Source: Candidatus Thorarchaeota archaeon
GTDB lineage: Archaea > Asgardarchaeota > Thorarchaeia > Thorarchaeales > Thorarchaeaceae
Reading direction: 5' to 3'
NCBI GenBank assembly: GCA_008080745.1
Contig: SHMX01000003.1
Span: forward strand, 480,001 to 512,000
DNA: 32,000 nucleotides
Shown: piece after piece, positions 9,008-19,200 of the stretch
Layout: every line of letters begins with the position of its first letter
Position numbering within the stretch: the stretch's first letter is position 1
Notes under the pieces: model-generated
Databases searched by the model: none
Told to the model about the DNA's origin: nothing
What the model saw: only the letters and a program-made list of their open reading frames with translations
Made by a program: the position numbers and the translations under genes

Positions 9008-10687
9008 CTATAGAATATCTGGAGCTCTATATTCGCCAAATACATCTCGTAATACCTGGCAAATCTCGCCAAGAGTAGCATATACTTTCACCGCATCTAT
9101 GAGAGCTGGCATTAGGTTCGCATCACTCTCAGCGACTTTTTTGATTCGATGCAGCGCCTCGACAACGTCAGTAATTTCACGTGAGCCCTTCATATACAAT
9201 AATTGTGTTATTTGACTGGTTTCCGAAGCTGGGTCTATGCGGAGATAATCGAACTCCTGCTCTTCATCCACCTTAAATCGATTAACCCCAACAACAATAC
9301 GAGATTCCTCGTCTACCGCACGCTGAAAGGCATAGGCACTCTCATGAATTTCACGTTGAATGAATCCTTTTTCAATCGCTGCTGGTGCTCCACCCATAGA
9401 ATCAATCTGCTCGATGTATTCCATTGCACGTTGCTCAATCTCATCTGTAAGCGTTTCTATAAAGTAAGATCCTGCAAGGGGATCGATAGTATCTCCAGCT
9501 CCAGTTTCAAATGCAATAATCTGTTGTGTTCTGAGTGCAATCTGAACAGATTCGCGAGTTGGTAGAGATAGAGCCTCATCACGAGAATTGGTATGTAAGG
9601 ACTGGGTTCCACCGAGAACTGCTTGTAAGGCCTGTAATGTCACACGAACAACATTATTGTCTGGTTGTTGTGATGTGAGGGTACATCCAGCAGTCTGAGT
9701 ATGAAATCTCATTCTGCATGATTGCTCATCTTTTGCATGAAATCGTTCTTTCATGATTCGAGCCCACAAACGTCTTGCTGCTCTAAACTTGGCTATCTCT
9801 TCAAAGAAGTCACTATGGGAACCAAAGAAAAATGAGAGACGGGATGCGAAACTATCAACATCAAGCCCTGCATCAATAGCAGCTTGGACATAGGCAATAC
9901 CATCTGCAAGTGTAAATGCCACTTCTTGAACAGCTGTGGACCCTGCTTCTCTTATGTGATAACCAGATATCGATATGGTATTCCACCGAGGCATATTTTC
10001 AGAACAGAATTTGAAAGTGTCCGTTATAAGACGCATAGAAGGCCCTGGAGGAAATATGTACGTCCCACGAGCCACATATTCTTTGAGAATGTCATTTTGA
10101 ATTGTACCTCGTAGTTTATCCATGGACACACCCTGTTTCTCAGCAACTGCAATATACATAGCTAGTAATATGGCAGCTGGAGCGTTAATAGTCATAGAGG
10201 TTGAAACCTTATCCAGAGGTATTCTATCAAAGAGTACCTCCATGTCCGCAAGCGAGTCAATAGCGACACCAACCTTTCCAACTTCACCCTGCGAGAGAAG
10301 ATGATCTGAGTCATATCCAATCTGAGTAGGTAAATCAAATGCTACAGAGAGTCCAGTCTGACCCTGGTCAAGTAGAAAGCGGAAACGTTGATTGCTCTCT
10401 TTGGCCGTTGCAAATCCACTGTATTGTCGCATGGTCCAGAATCTACCACGGTACATCGTTGGCTGTACACCCCGAGTGAAAGGAAATTCCCCGGGGAAAC
10501 CCAAGTCCGCCATGTAATCCTTTTCTTTGATATCAAGAGGGGTATAGATTTGTTTCAATGGAATTTCTGAAATGGTATAAAACTCCTCTTTTCGTTCCGG
10601 ATACTTGGTAATGGTTTCAGAAAGGGTAGTATTTTCCCAGTCTTTCAATGCATCCTTGATTTCCTTCTTCTCATTCATCTTTTCCAC
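9008..10687 (-). CDS. mcmA1: Methylmalonyl-CoA mutase, substrate-binding (large) subunit
   Basis: [46 protein letters not shown] and [12 protein letters not shown]. Tyr in RQY and Arg in KEYVAR indicate methylmalonyl-CoA rather than isobutyryl-CoA specificity. Confidence 0.95.
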   Translation of the reverse strand: MEKMNEKKEIKDALKDWENTTLSETITKYPERKEEFYTISEIPLKQIYTPLDIKEKDYMADLGFPGEFPFTRGVQPTMYRGRFWTMRQYSGFATAKESNQRFRFLLDQGQTGLSVAFDLPTQIGYDSDHLLSQGEVGKVGVAIDSLADMEVLFDRIPLDKVSTSMTINAPAAILLAMYIAVAEKQGVSMDKLRGTIQNDILKEYVARGTYIFPPGPSMRLITDTFKFCSENMPRWNTISISGYHIREAGSTAVQEVAFTLADGIAYVQAAIDAGLDVDSFASRLSFFFGSHSDFFEEIAKFRAARRLWARIMKERFHAKDEQSCRMRFHTQTAGCTLTSQQPDNNVVRVTLQALQAVLGGTQSLHTNSRDEALSLPTRESVQIALRTQQIIAFETGAGDTIDPLAGSYFIETLTDEIEQRAMEYIEQIDSMGGAPAAIEKGFIQREIHESAYAFQRAVDEESRIVVGVNRFKVDEEQEFDYLRIDPASETSQITQLLYMKGSREITDVVEALHRIKKVAESDANLMPALIDAVKVYATLGEICQVLRDVFGEYRAPDIL

Positions 10688-11661
10688 TACTCTCTACAAC
10701 TTGCAAGGAATTTTGTAATCAGTCGTTCAGCAATAGTATAGGGGTCTACATCTCGTCTTGCTATTCGTTTTATTGCCTGATCAAACTCAGGAGTGCCTTG
10801 TAGCTTGGTCATCAGCTCTCGAGTGAGTTTGTACTCCATAATCTGTTCCAGCTCGTCCTTACTACGCTGTAACCCTTTATGTTCTAATACACCTGAGGAT
10901 TTCAGGTACGCCATATGTTCTTGGATTTCATCAACCAGTTCGGAAATTCCCTCACCAGTTCTACCGTTTGTCTTCATGACAGGAGGACGCCATTTATCAC
11001 TAGTTGGTGCTATATCCAGCATGGCATTAATCTCGGTGACCTTCTTATCAGCTCCAGGTAGGTCAGCCTTATTCACAACAAAAATGTCAGCAATCTCCAT
11101 GATACCAGCTTTGATTGCCTGAATATCATCTCCACTCCCGGGTACATCGGTGACTAGAACAGTATGAGCAATCTCAACAACTTCAACTTCAGACTGTCCT
11201 GCACCAACGGTCTCTACAAGCACAATATCCTTTCCAGCTGCATCGACCGCTCGAACCGCATCAGAAGTAGACCGAGCGAGACCACCAAGATGACCTCGTG
11301 TACCCATACTTCGTACGAATACTTCCTTGTCTAGGGCATGTTCTTGCATGCGTATTCGATCACCCAGAAGAGCTCCACCCGTAAAAGGACTAGAGGGGTC
11401 AACACAGATGATACCAATAGTGAGTCCGCGAGAGCGTAACTCGGTTGTTAAACGTGTGACTAATGTGCTCTTTCCCGAACCTGGAGGTCCTGTAACTCCA
11501 ATAATGTGAGCTTTGCCGGTGTGCCGATATAGTTTCGCCAGTATTCGGGATACGGACGAATCCTCATCCTCTATGAGAGATATCAGACGTGCAAGAGCCC
11601 TTCTCTTTCCACTCAGGACTCCCTCAATCAATTTGTCCTCTGACAATTCAACTATCCTCAC
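10687..11661 (-). CDS. meaB: MeaB/ArgK mutase-associated GTPase
   Basis: [10 protein letters not shown]-loop, [27 protein letters not shown] and NKAD. Confidence 0.95.
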   Translation of the reverse strand: MRIVELSEDKLIEGVLSGKRRALARLISLIEDEDSSVSRILAKLYRHTGKAHIIGVTGPPGSGKSTLVTRLTTELRSRGLTIGIICVDPSSPFTGGALLGDRIRMQEHALDKEVFVRSMGTRGHLGGLARSTSDAVRAVDAAGKDIVLVETVGAGQSEVEVVEIAHTVLVTDVPGSGDDIQAIKAGIMEIADIFVVNKADLPGADKKVTEINAMLDIAPTSDKWRPPVMKTNGRTGEGISELVDEIQEHMAYLKSSGVLEHKGLQRSKDELEQIMEYKLTRELMTKLQGTPEFDQAIKRIARRDVDPYTIAERLITKFLASCRE

Positions 11662-11666
11662 GGAGG

Positions 11667-12068
11667 CTATGCATTAACATTCTCGCGAATATATTTCACA
11701 ATATCCTCAAGTGGAGTTCCTGGACCAAAGATTTCATTGATTCCACATTTCTTCAGCTCAGTGATGTCATCTTCAGGAATGATGCCACCACCAACAACAA
11801 GTATGTCATCTGCATCCTCAGCTTTTAGCAATTCCATAACTTTTGGAAATAGTGCCATATGAGCACCACTCAGAATGCTCATTCCAATAACATCAACATC
11901 TTCTTGGATAGCAGCTTCTACAATCATCTCAGGGGTCTGCCTGAGACCTGTATAGATGACTTCCATTCCAGCATCACGCAAGGCACGGGCAACTACTTTT
12001 GCACCACGGTCATGGCCATCCAGACCGGGCTTTGCCACAAGGACTCTGATCTTTTTTGATGAACTCAA
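11667..12068 (-). CDS. mcmA2: Methylmalonyl-CoA mutase cobalamin-binding (small) subunit
   Basis: [12 protein letters not shown] (DxHxxG), SILSGAH and GGGIIP. Confidence 0.95.
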   Translation of the reverse strand: MSSSKKIRVLVAKPGLDGHDRGAKVVARALRDAGMEVIYTGLRQTPEMIVEAAIQEDVDVIGMSILSGAHMALFPKVMELLKAEDADDILVVGGGIIPEDDITELKKCGINEIFGPGTPLEDIVKYIRENVNA

Positions 12069-12135
12069 GTGCCAACCTCAGATTGTTTGTGTTCGATGTC
12101 CTGTTGTTGAGATATAAAGGCTTTCGATTTACTCT

Positions 12136-12633
12136 TCAAGTTGAGCTGGTAAGAATCCTATATCGTACAAAACCGGCAATGACCGAGAAAAGGGGTGGAA
12201 AGGGAAAAGTAACCAATGAGATAACTTGGAAATTTGGTAAAACCGCATTCTCCACGAAAAGATGTGGTAGAATTGCAAAAATAACGACTAGCGCTAGCGA
12301 ACTGATTGTGAGATATCCAATGCTCTCAACGGATTCCAGAACAAAAAATAAAGTTGAAAGGATGATGACAGCCGAGATCCAAGCTGCTGAGAGAAGAATC
12401 AAATAACTGGAATCCAATGCTCCGAATTGTGTGGGTCCGTATAGACCAATTCGAAATGAGACAAGATTTAGCCCACCCCATACGAAATAGAGGGATTGTG
12501 AGGCATCAGAAGTAAGAGTAGATGTCCAATCCATATACATCATTGGAAAGAAGATTCCTGAGAGAAGAATGAGAATAGGTGTGATTCGATCAAGATTGGA
12601 AAGTGTAAGGACTCCTCTTAGTGAAGATGACAT
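12136..12633 (-). CDS. Hypothetical 4-TM membrane protein
   Basis: 165 aa with four hydrophobic segments; co-directional with and upstream of mcmA2. Confidence 0.7.
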   Translation of the reverse strand: MSSSLRGVLTLSNLDRITPILILLSGIFFPMMYMDWTSTLTSDASQSLYFVWGGLNLVSFRIGLYGPTQFGALDSSYLILLSAAWISAVIILSTLFFVLESVESIGYLTISSLALVVIFAILPHLFVENAVLPNFQVISLVTFPFPPLFSVIAGFVRYRILTSST

Positions 12634-12784
12634 GATGGCTCAACGCAAAATTAAGATATTTCTCCCCCTATCTAGGTATCGGTGAATATACCAAAACAAG
12701 AAAATGTTTGTGTAGTCGGGCACGCCTTCAAGATTATTAGGGTCCGTGCGAATAGCTACTCAGACAAAAACAAGAGGAAAGTCG

Positions 12785-13057
12785 ATGTCAGTAGAGAAGG
12801 ATGATTATACCGAACATGATTGGTATGCAGAGGCAAAAGGAAGAGAATCAAACGGCGAACTTGAAGAAGCGGTTGAAGCTTATAGGAAATCTATAGAGAT
12901 TAATCCAGATTACGCAAAGTCATGGTATTACATGTCGATGGTGCTTGAAAAACTGGGCAAGAAAGAAGAGGCAATTAAGGCAGCCAAGAAGGCCCTCGAA
13001 TTAAAACCGGGATGGAAAAAGCATGTTGAAGAATTCCTTCCCGAAGCAGTCGAATAG
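12785..13057 (+). CDS. Small two-repeat TPR protein, paralog of 8222-8494
   Basis: GELEEAVEAYRKSIEINPDYAKSWYY...LEKLGKKEEA...KKALELKP. ATG 12785 preferred over GTG 12746 by alignment with the paralog. Confidence 0.85.
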   Translation: MSVEKDDYTEHDWYAEAKGRESNGELEEAVEAYRKSIEINPDYAKSWYYMSMVLEKLGKKEEAIKAAKKALELKPGWKKHVEEFLPEAVE

Positions 13058-13066
13058 AATTTTTCT

Positions 13067-13084
13067 GGGGCCTTGCAAGGCCCC
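13067..13084. terminator. Perfect 18-bp palindrome between convergent genes, putative bidirectional terminator
   Basis: GGGGCCTTGCAAGGCCCC with T-rich flanks, between the stops at 13057 and 13096. Confidence 0.65.
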
Positions 13085-13095
13085 TTTAACTGTTT

Positions 13096-13581
13096 TTACT
13101 TAAGAGCCTGTGACGAGTCAGGAAAGAGCAGTACATATACCGCTTGATTCAGGGTCAGGATGCCCCGATCAACCCATTCCATGACCATAGTAACATTCTC
13201 GTTTGTAGATATTTTTCCAAGGGCAGTCATCACAGAATCCTTGTATTCCGGAACCGTTAGAAGTTCCTCAATGGTCCGAACTAAAATAATCTGTCGTGCA
13301 TCGGGTCCCGTTTCAGTCAGCCAGTAGAGTACATTGTCTTTTTCGTCAGAATCGATATCTGATTTTTTAGCACCACTAGAAATTGCATCTGCAATCTTGG
13401 ACTCATCAGCCTGAACACCCTTTAGCTCCTGTTCGACAATGGTTACAATTGCATCCGTAATCTCAGGACTACTTTTCAGTATATCAATCAGGTCAGACCT
13501 TGCTTTCATTGGTCCTTTTTCCTCATCCTCTGTCAACGAAATTACAGCTCCATATACTCTAGCGTACAAGGATAATCTCAA
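13096..13581 (-). CDS. Hypothetical acidic alpha-helical protein
   Basis: 161-aa ORF with TTG start; fills the gap and is co-directional with the HAD gene. No motif recognised. Confidence 0.7.
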   Translation of the reverse strand: MRLSLYARVYGAVISLTEDEEKGPMKARSDLIDILKSSPEITDAIVTIVEQELKGVQADESKIADAISSGAKKSDIDSDEKDNVLYWLTETGPDARQIILVRTIEELLTVPEYKDSVMTALGKISTNENVTMVMEWVDRGILTLNQAVYVLLFPDSSQALK

Positions 13582-13641
13582 AAATCTTCTTAATAACAGT
13601 ATTTTGTCTGTCTAGAAAAAACATCCGCATAATTTTAGCAT

Positions 13642-14385
13642 TTACAGGTACTCTAAAAGATCTCCTAAAGATGTGATAACAAGGTCAGGGTGAAAATCCG
13701 CACCATGAATATCGAGATATTCTTCGAGGATGCTATTATGACGGTTTATCCACACCGTGTACATCCCGAATCGACTGGCACCTACAATATCTGCATAGAA
13801 CTCATCCCCGATGAATACTGTTTTCGAGGCTGACACATTCAAGTCAGAAACTACTCTTTCGAATATTCTGCTCATAGGTTTGTATGCTTTAACGGTACCT
13901 GGGTCAATGACAGAATCGAAATATTCTGCTATTCCTAGTTTCTCCAGAATGATAGGGGCATGTCCCTCCCAAGAATTGGTGATTATTCCTAGGTGTATCC
14001 TCCTTTTCTGCAACTCTTCCAGCAATTCCAGGGTTGCTGGCTGTAATGCAGAATACTCAACATGAAAGGATTTGAACTGGTCCATTCCTCTAAGCAAAAC
14101 TTCTGGATCTGGCTTTATGCCGTACTCTTCCAATGTGGTGATGGTCGCGTCCCGTACACACTCAAAGGGTGTTTTGTATTCACAACCCTCTACAATTAAC
14201 ACAATCTCTTTCTGGTAGTTCTTTACTAAGCGGGGAAGGTATCCTTTGATGATTTCTTCATAATCATCTGTACTATGTCGTAGAATCCATAGACTTGCTT
14301 TTGCGGGATAGCTAGCTGTATCTGTGAGCGTTGAATCGAGGTCGAATACTACGGCCTCGAATTCACTCAATTGGAAATCAGTCAA
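13642..14385 (-). CDS. HAD family hydrolase
   Basis: FDLDSTL (motif I), ITNS (II), YKP (III) and GDEFYADIVGA (IV). Confidence 0.92.
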   Translation of the reverse strand: MTDFQLSEFEAVVFDLDSTLTDTASYPAKASLWILRHSTDDYEEIIKGYLPRLVKNYQKEIVLIVEGCEYKTPFECVRDATITTLEEYGIKPDPEVLLRGMDQFKSFHVEYSALQPATLELLEELQKRRIHLGIITNSWEGHAPIILEKLGIAEYFDSVIDPGTVKAYKPMSRIFERVVSDLNVSASKTVFIGDEFYADIVGASRFGMYTVWINRHNSILEEYLDIHGADFHPDLVITSLGDLLEYL

Positions 14386-14402
14386 TGGTTCTTTGGCCCC
14401 TA

Positions 14403-15176
14403 CTAACCTCCACCTTTACCCAGATAGATGCCGTTTGGATCCAAATTTTGCATGATATCAATCTGTTCTTGAGTGGGTATTTCAGTAGTAGGAACCTCAT
14501 CGGGTATCAATAGGTCAAACATGACATTGTCTACTACATCTTGTACAGAATAACCGGGATGTACCGACATCAGACGAATCTTGAGGGTCTGTGGTTCAAA
14601 GTCCATTTGACACATGTCGGTGATGACAACTTCAGGACCACCTCCGACTAGATTCCATTTTTCACGAGAGCCAGGCCCGTCTATATGGCCAGGACTAGTG
14701 AAATAGTCGAGTTTCTTGACAAATTTGCGTTTATCATGAGTCATCATGATGATCAATCGTTTTGCAGAAGAGGCAATATCATTACCCCCACCACTACCCG
14801 GTAGCTTAACTTTCGGTTTCTCGAACGATCCAATATAGGTCGTATTGAGATTTCCATATTCATCGATCTGAGCAGCTCCAAGAAATCCAACATCGATTCT
14901 TCCACCTTGTAGAAGGAAACCTAAGGTCTCAATGAGCCCAATTGACGCAGACGCTCCATAGTAGTATCTAGAGTCCGCAACAGATAATGGAACGTTTCTG
15001 GGTCTTGCATCAATAAAGCCCGCTTCGGAGATGAGGTTAGATTTCGGTGCGTGTGTCTCTTTTGCTAGAAGAGCAGCTAAGAGAGGCAGGCCAGTACCTC
15101 CAAAGACGTGTTCTCCATCGCGAACGTGACGTGAAGCGCATGCAGTTAGAAATTCAATTTTAGTGTATTCAACCAT
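14403..15176 (-). CDS. gctB: Family I CoA-transferase beta subunit (GctB-like)
   Basis: FGGTGLP, ISEAG (catalytic Glu position), FLGAAQIDEYGNLN and LPGSGGGNDIAS. Confidence 0.88.
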   Translation of the reverse strand: MVEYTKIEFLTACASRHVRDGEHVFGGTGLPLLAALLAKETHAPKSNLISEAGFIDARPRNVPLSVADSRYYYGASASIGLIETLGFLLQGGRIDVGFLGAAQIDEYGNLNTTYIGSFEKPKVKLPGSGGGNDIASSAKRLIIMMTHDKRKFVKKLDYFTSPGHIDGPGSREKWNLVGGGPEVVITDMCQMDFEPQTLKIRLMSVHPGYSVQDVVDNVMFDLLIPDEVPTTEIPTQEQIDIMQNLDPNGIYLGKGGG

Positions 15177-15187
15177 ATTCTTACCTC

Positions 15188-16099
15188 CTAGTATCCCATT
15201 GGTTTCACTGCTCTGAGAGCATTCAACCTCTGCCAGCCAATCTTTTCCAAGTATTCCTGATGATTCTCGACTCCAAGTATGTATTCATCCAAATAGTCCT
15301 GCCAACCCTCTTCGGTCTTGGTCATCTTATGGAACATCTGAAGGAATGGAAGGTCGTAATCGTAGTACATATGACACTGCATTGGATGTGCTACGAATGG
15401 CTCAATGACAACATGATCAACATAGAGTGCTGGAATCTTTGTCTGGTCAGGTCGATTCTTGACCTCCTGAACATCTATCAGTTCTTCAGCGAGCACGATT
15501 AGTTTCTTTCCACACCTCGAGCCCTCAATATCTTCACCCACGATTCCATCGATTTGCGCATTTCCGCTCATATCAACCCTTTGTACATGAACTATGCTGA
15601 AATCGGGCTGTAGAGATGGAACAAGACAAATCTTATCGCCCGTGAAGGGGCAATCGATGATCTTCAACTTGTCCTTACGATATCGGATCTTCTCTGCCAT
15701 GTCGGTACCCATCAAGCTACGAATTGGCATGAAAGGCACATTTAATGCACCTCCAAGGAATCGCATCGCCATGGCAAGATTACTGTAATCCTCAACCTCT
15801 ACTTTTCCTTCTGCCACTCTTCGCCTCATGTTATAGGCCAATCCAAGTGCCTCGATAGCAGTAAAAGCAATCTCAAACCGATGTGCAACACCTGCACCAG
15901 CCATGATTTCAAGATCAACCTCTGAGCCACAAGTATGGATCGTGATATTACGTTTCTTTTGTCGAGCGAGCTCACTTGCAAAAGCAATGGGCGCTCGTTG
16001 ATAACCAAAGCCGCCCCAGAACATGTCAGCGCCATCTGGCACCATTTTGGCTGCTTCTGCCAAAGTTATCCTCTTATCTTCAACCTCGGCCTCTGTCAA
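15188..16099 (-). CDS. gctA: Family I CoA-transferase alpha subunit (GctA-like)
   Basis: RFLGGALNVPFMP, SLMGTD, HVQRVDMSGN and IPALYVDHVV. Likely start is TTG 16099 after an AGGTGA RBS; the ORF track extends to 16210. Confidence 0.88.
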   Translation of the reverse strand: MTEAEVEDKRITLAEAAKMVPDGADMFWGGFGYQRAPIAFASELARQKKRNITIHTCGSEVDLEIMAGAGVAHRFEIAFTAIEALGLAYNMRRRVAEGKVEVEDYSNLAMAMRFLGGALNVPFMPIRSLMGTDMAEKIRYRKDKLKIIDCPFTGDKICLVPSLQPDFSIVHVQRVDMSGNAQIDGIVGEDIEGSRCGKKLIVLAEELIDVQEVKNRPDQTKIPALYVDHVVIEPFVAHPMQCHMYYDYDLPFLQMFHKMTKTEEGWQDYLDEYILGVENHQEYLEKIGWQRLNALRAVKPMGY

Positions 16100-16253
16100 A
16101 ATATTCACCTGATTATAGTAGATGATTCTCCGGCCGTCAAAGGCATCCTCCCTTTTATGTTTGACCGTGAAAAAAGGTAATTCATTCAAATTAATAATAT
16201 ATTGTCCCAAGTAATTACCAAAGACACCTTAATTTCTAAGGCGCGTGGAATAA

Positions 16254-19200
16254 GTGAGATCTAAAATTTTTGCACTTGTAGTCATAACCTTGTTAGTGGT
16301 TCCGTATATGCTCCCACTAACTCAACCAATTAGTTATAATCATAGGACTGATGCTAGTAACTTGGATACAATCAATGAAAGTAAGAAGGATATTACTCAT
16401 GATGGGTATCATCCAATGTTTACAGACAGATCTGTAATCAGTAGTCACCAGAGTTCAAATGTAACAGTATTAGCAAGAACTAGTACATCACAAGACATCA
16501 ATTTTGAAAAGGTATGGTATCAAGAGTATGACGTAGAGGTTCTCAATCCTAATGTCTTTCGTATTGGGAGAAATTGGGTGTCTCTCGATGTCACATTTTG
16601 GGCCAGACTGACCTTGACAGTACCAGTGAGGATTCAAATTATAGAACCGGATACCGAGCTGCTTTCAGGAACAGTACAGCAAGCTGTAGTGTCTGTTGAA
16701 ACACTTTCAGCACCGCAATATTGCTTGGATGTGGGTTTTGATGCATATCTGGACTATCGTGTTTTCAAACCAAAAGAGCTGGCTCTCCAAAGTATATTTG
16801 ATTGGCATGTTGAAACCCCCGAACCTAGGCCTAGTAAATACAATTGGTCTACAAGCTTTGAGGGTGAATTCTGGGCATTTTCTCCTTCAGGACGTTCTCA
16901 CGCCCCCTGGGGATTTCACCATGAATTTGTTGATAATCCTCTGTTGTACTTGGCCCTCAGGGCGGTCCCTTGGTATGAAGGAAAACTGAGCGCCGACATA
17001 GACGTATCAGGAGGTGGAGCAGTAGCATCTTCTAAGACATACTACTGGAATGCAGTTGAGAACAAAGTCATTCCTATCGAGATTGATGAGAATGCTGGGG
17101 ATGGAGACCCCATAGAGTTGACATTAAGTAACATCAACTATAAGTTACGATGTGGTATAGACTGGTTTGCAGAAGTGGAGCTTAGGACAATCCTTGCACT
17201 TTTCGCAGTGATCTTTGTAAGGAAGAAGATTCCAAGAGAAATCTTATTGGCAACATTCCCAGAAACCGATTGGATTACTCTAACACCGACTACACCAGAT
17301 GCTATGTCGGTATCTATGACAACGACAGCCATGCGTTATGATCACGTCAACATCCATGTCAAGAGGGTGATATCAAGTGGCGATACAGAGCCATTTCCGA
17401 TTCATAGTAACTCCTATGCAACTCTAACACTTACACAATGGGATGATTTCAATAACTGGTGGACCGTCTTTCTGAACAGCGATAGTGTTGCAACTTTTGT
17501 TGATTTAGACCCAGAACTACGGTATTGTTGGGTCCTAATGATTGACGGAGTAGTAGTGGCAACTTCAAGTTCATTTTATGAGATGGGAAGTTCCATAGCT
17601 CCGGAGGATGAGCATTTTGTTTGGGATAATACTCAAGAAAATGTAGATCTGTTAGTTACAACCGATATGACAGGGTATGTCGATATCACATTTAGTGCCT
17701 TCAATAGCACAGGAGAAGTATTGGAGTCAATGGAAGATACTACAATATGGATAGGAAAGATAGAGCCGAATCATGGTGACTATTGGGCTGCCATTACGAA
17801 TCCTGAAGCTTTCAATATGGCAATGATGGGGGACATGAGTGTAGATCTCCTAAGTCTAAGATATCTCACTGTTGATGATAACGGTCAGACCTTCTGGACT
17901 CAAAATACCCGACCTAATGGTCAATACAAGATTTGGGTTGTGCAAGGATTCGAATACGAACAAGGATGGTTTACTGAAGACCAAGTCATATTTGAAAAAG
18001 AGATCTCCATCACCCAGTCAGGGAATTATATATTGATAGGAGATCAGACTCAGGGTCTTGATTCCTTGAAGATTCTAAGAGATCTTGAAGATCCCGAGAC
18101 AAGCTCCAGCAGCACAATGCTTTATCCCAGCTATGAGGTTTCAGGGAGATATCACATTGGGGGTACAGTTCAAGTTAGAATGAGAGTCACTGATGATATC
18201 GAGGTGCCAATGGCCTGGGCAGAGCTGGACACCGGCCACCGAATTTCTATGACCTCCTTTGGGAATGGTTATTTCTACACAGAGATTAATCTAAGAACCA
18301 TAGAAACAGGGAGTCAAAATATAACTCTGGACATCATGGATGTAGCTGGTAAGACAGATTCCATCGTTATTCCAGTCCATATTGATAATACTGCGCCAAT
18401 AATTGAGGATATAGATATCACAACCAGTTCAGGAACCTCCACCTTTAGTTGCAATGTATATGATGATACTCCAATATACTCAGCAGAGGTATACTATCTA
18501 AATGGTGATGTGGTTCAGAGTCAATCTCTCTCGATAACCCAAGGGAATCCTGCTGTGATTAGTGGTACATTTCCAGAGTCTGATGACTTCTATGTTGAGA
18601 TATCGGATTATGTACTAAATACTGGATACTATGATACTACTCCTCCAAACATCACTATTCTAAATGACTATGAACGAATTGACTTGAATCATATGAGAAT
18701 ACACCTTGATGTGTCTGATTTTGGAAGTGGTCTTGACTCCTATCTAGTATTGTTTAACGGCTCTCTCTGTACAAGTGATACCGGAGAGTCCTTCGTTCTA
18801 GATCTTCGGATACCATCTATAGGACCAGCTCAGTTAGAGAAAGAATGGAACTGGACCCTAGACGGTGGTCCAATGTACCGCCAACTCCATGCAGGAGATT
18901 TGAATGGAGATGGATATGATGATCTTGTCTGGACATGCCTTATGCTCTATGATGATAATGGGACAACAATGTTCCTCCATCTTCTTCAAGCATTAGACGG
19001 AAAGACGAGAACACTAATTCTGAATGAAACCATCTCAGATTCCGATCTGGGATGGGATAATGTTCTTGATCCCTGCATTTATGATTTCGATGGAGATGGA
19101 AAAGATGAGATTGCCTTTGCTAGTCATATACTTGGAAACGTGAGGCTATTTGATGGTGAAACGGGTTCCATTCTTTGGACTCACTCTCTGGGAGGATATA

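Noticed and set aside
9008-10687. Mutase as an isobutyryl-CoA or 2-hydroxyisobutyryl-CoA mutase
   Set aside because: The specificity positions are Tyr (RQY) and Arg (KEYVAR), the methylmalonyl-CoA signature.
16100-16210. 37-aa N-terminal extension of GctA given by the ORF track
   Set aside because: AT-rich promoter-like sequence. An AGGTGA RBS sits just before TTG 16099, which fits the normal family start.
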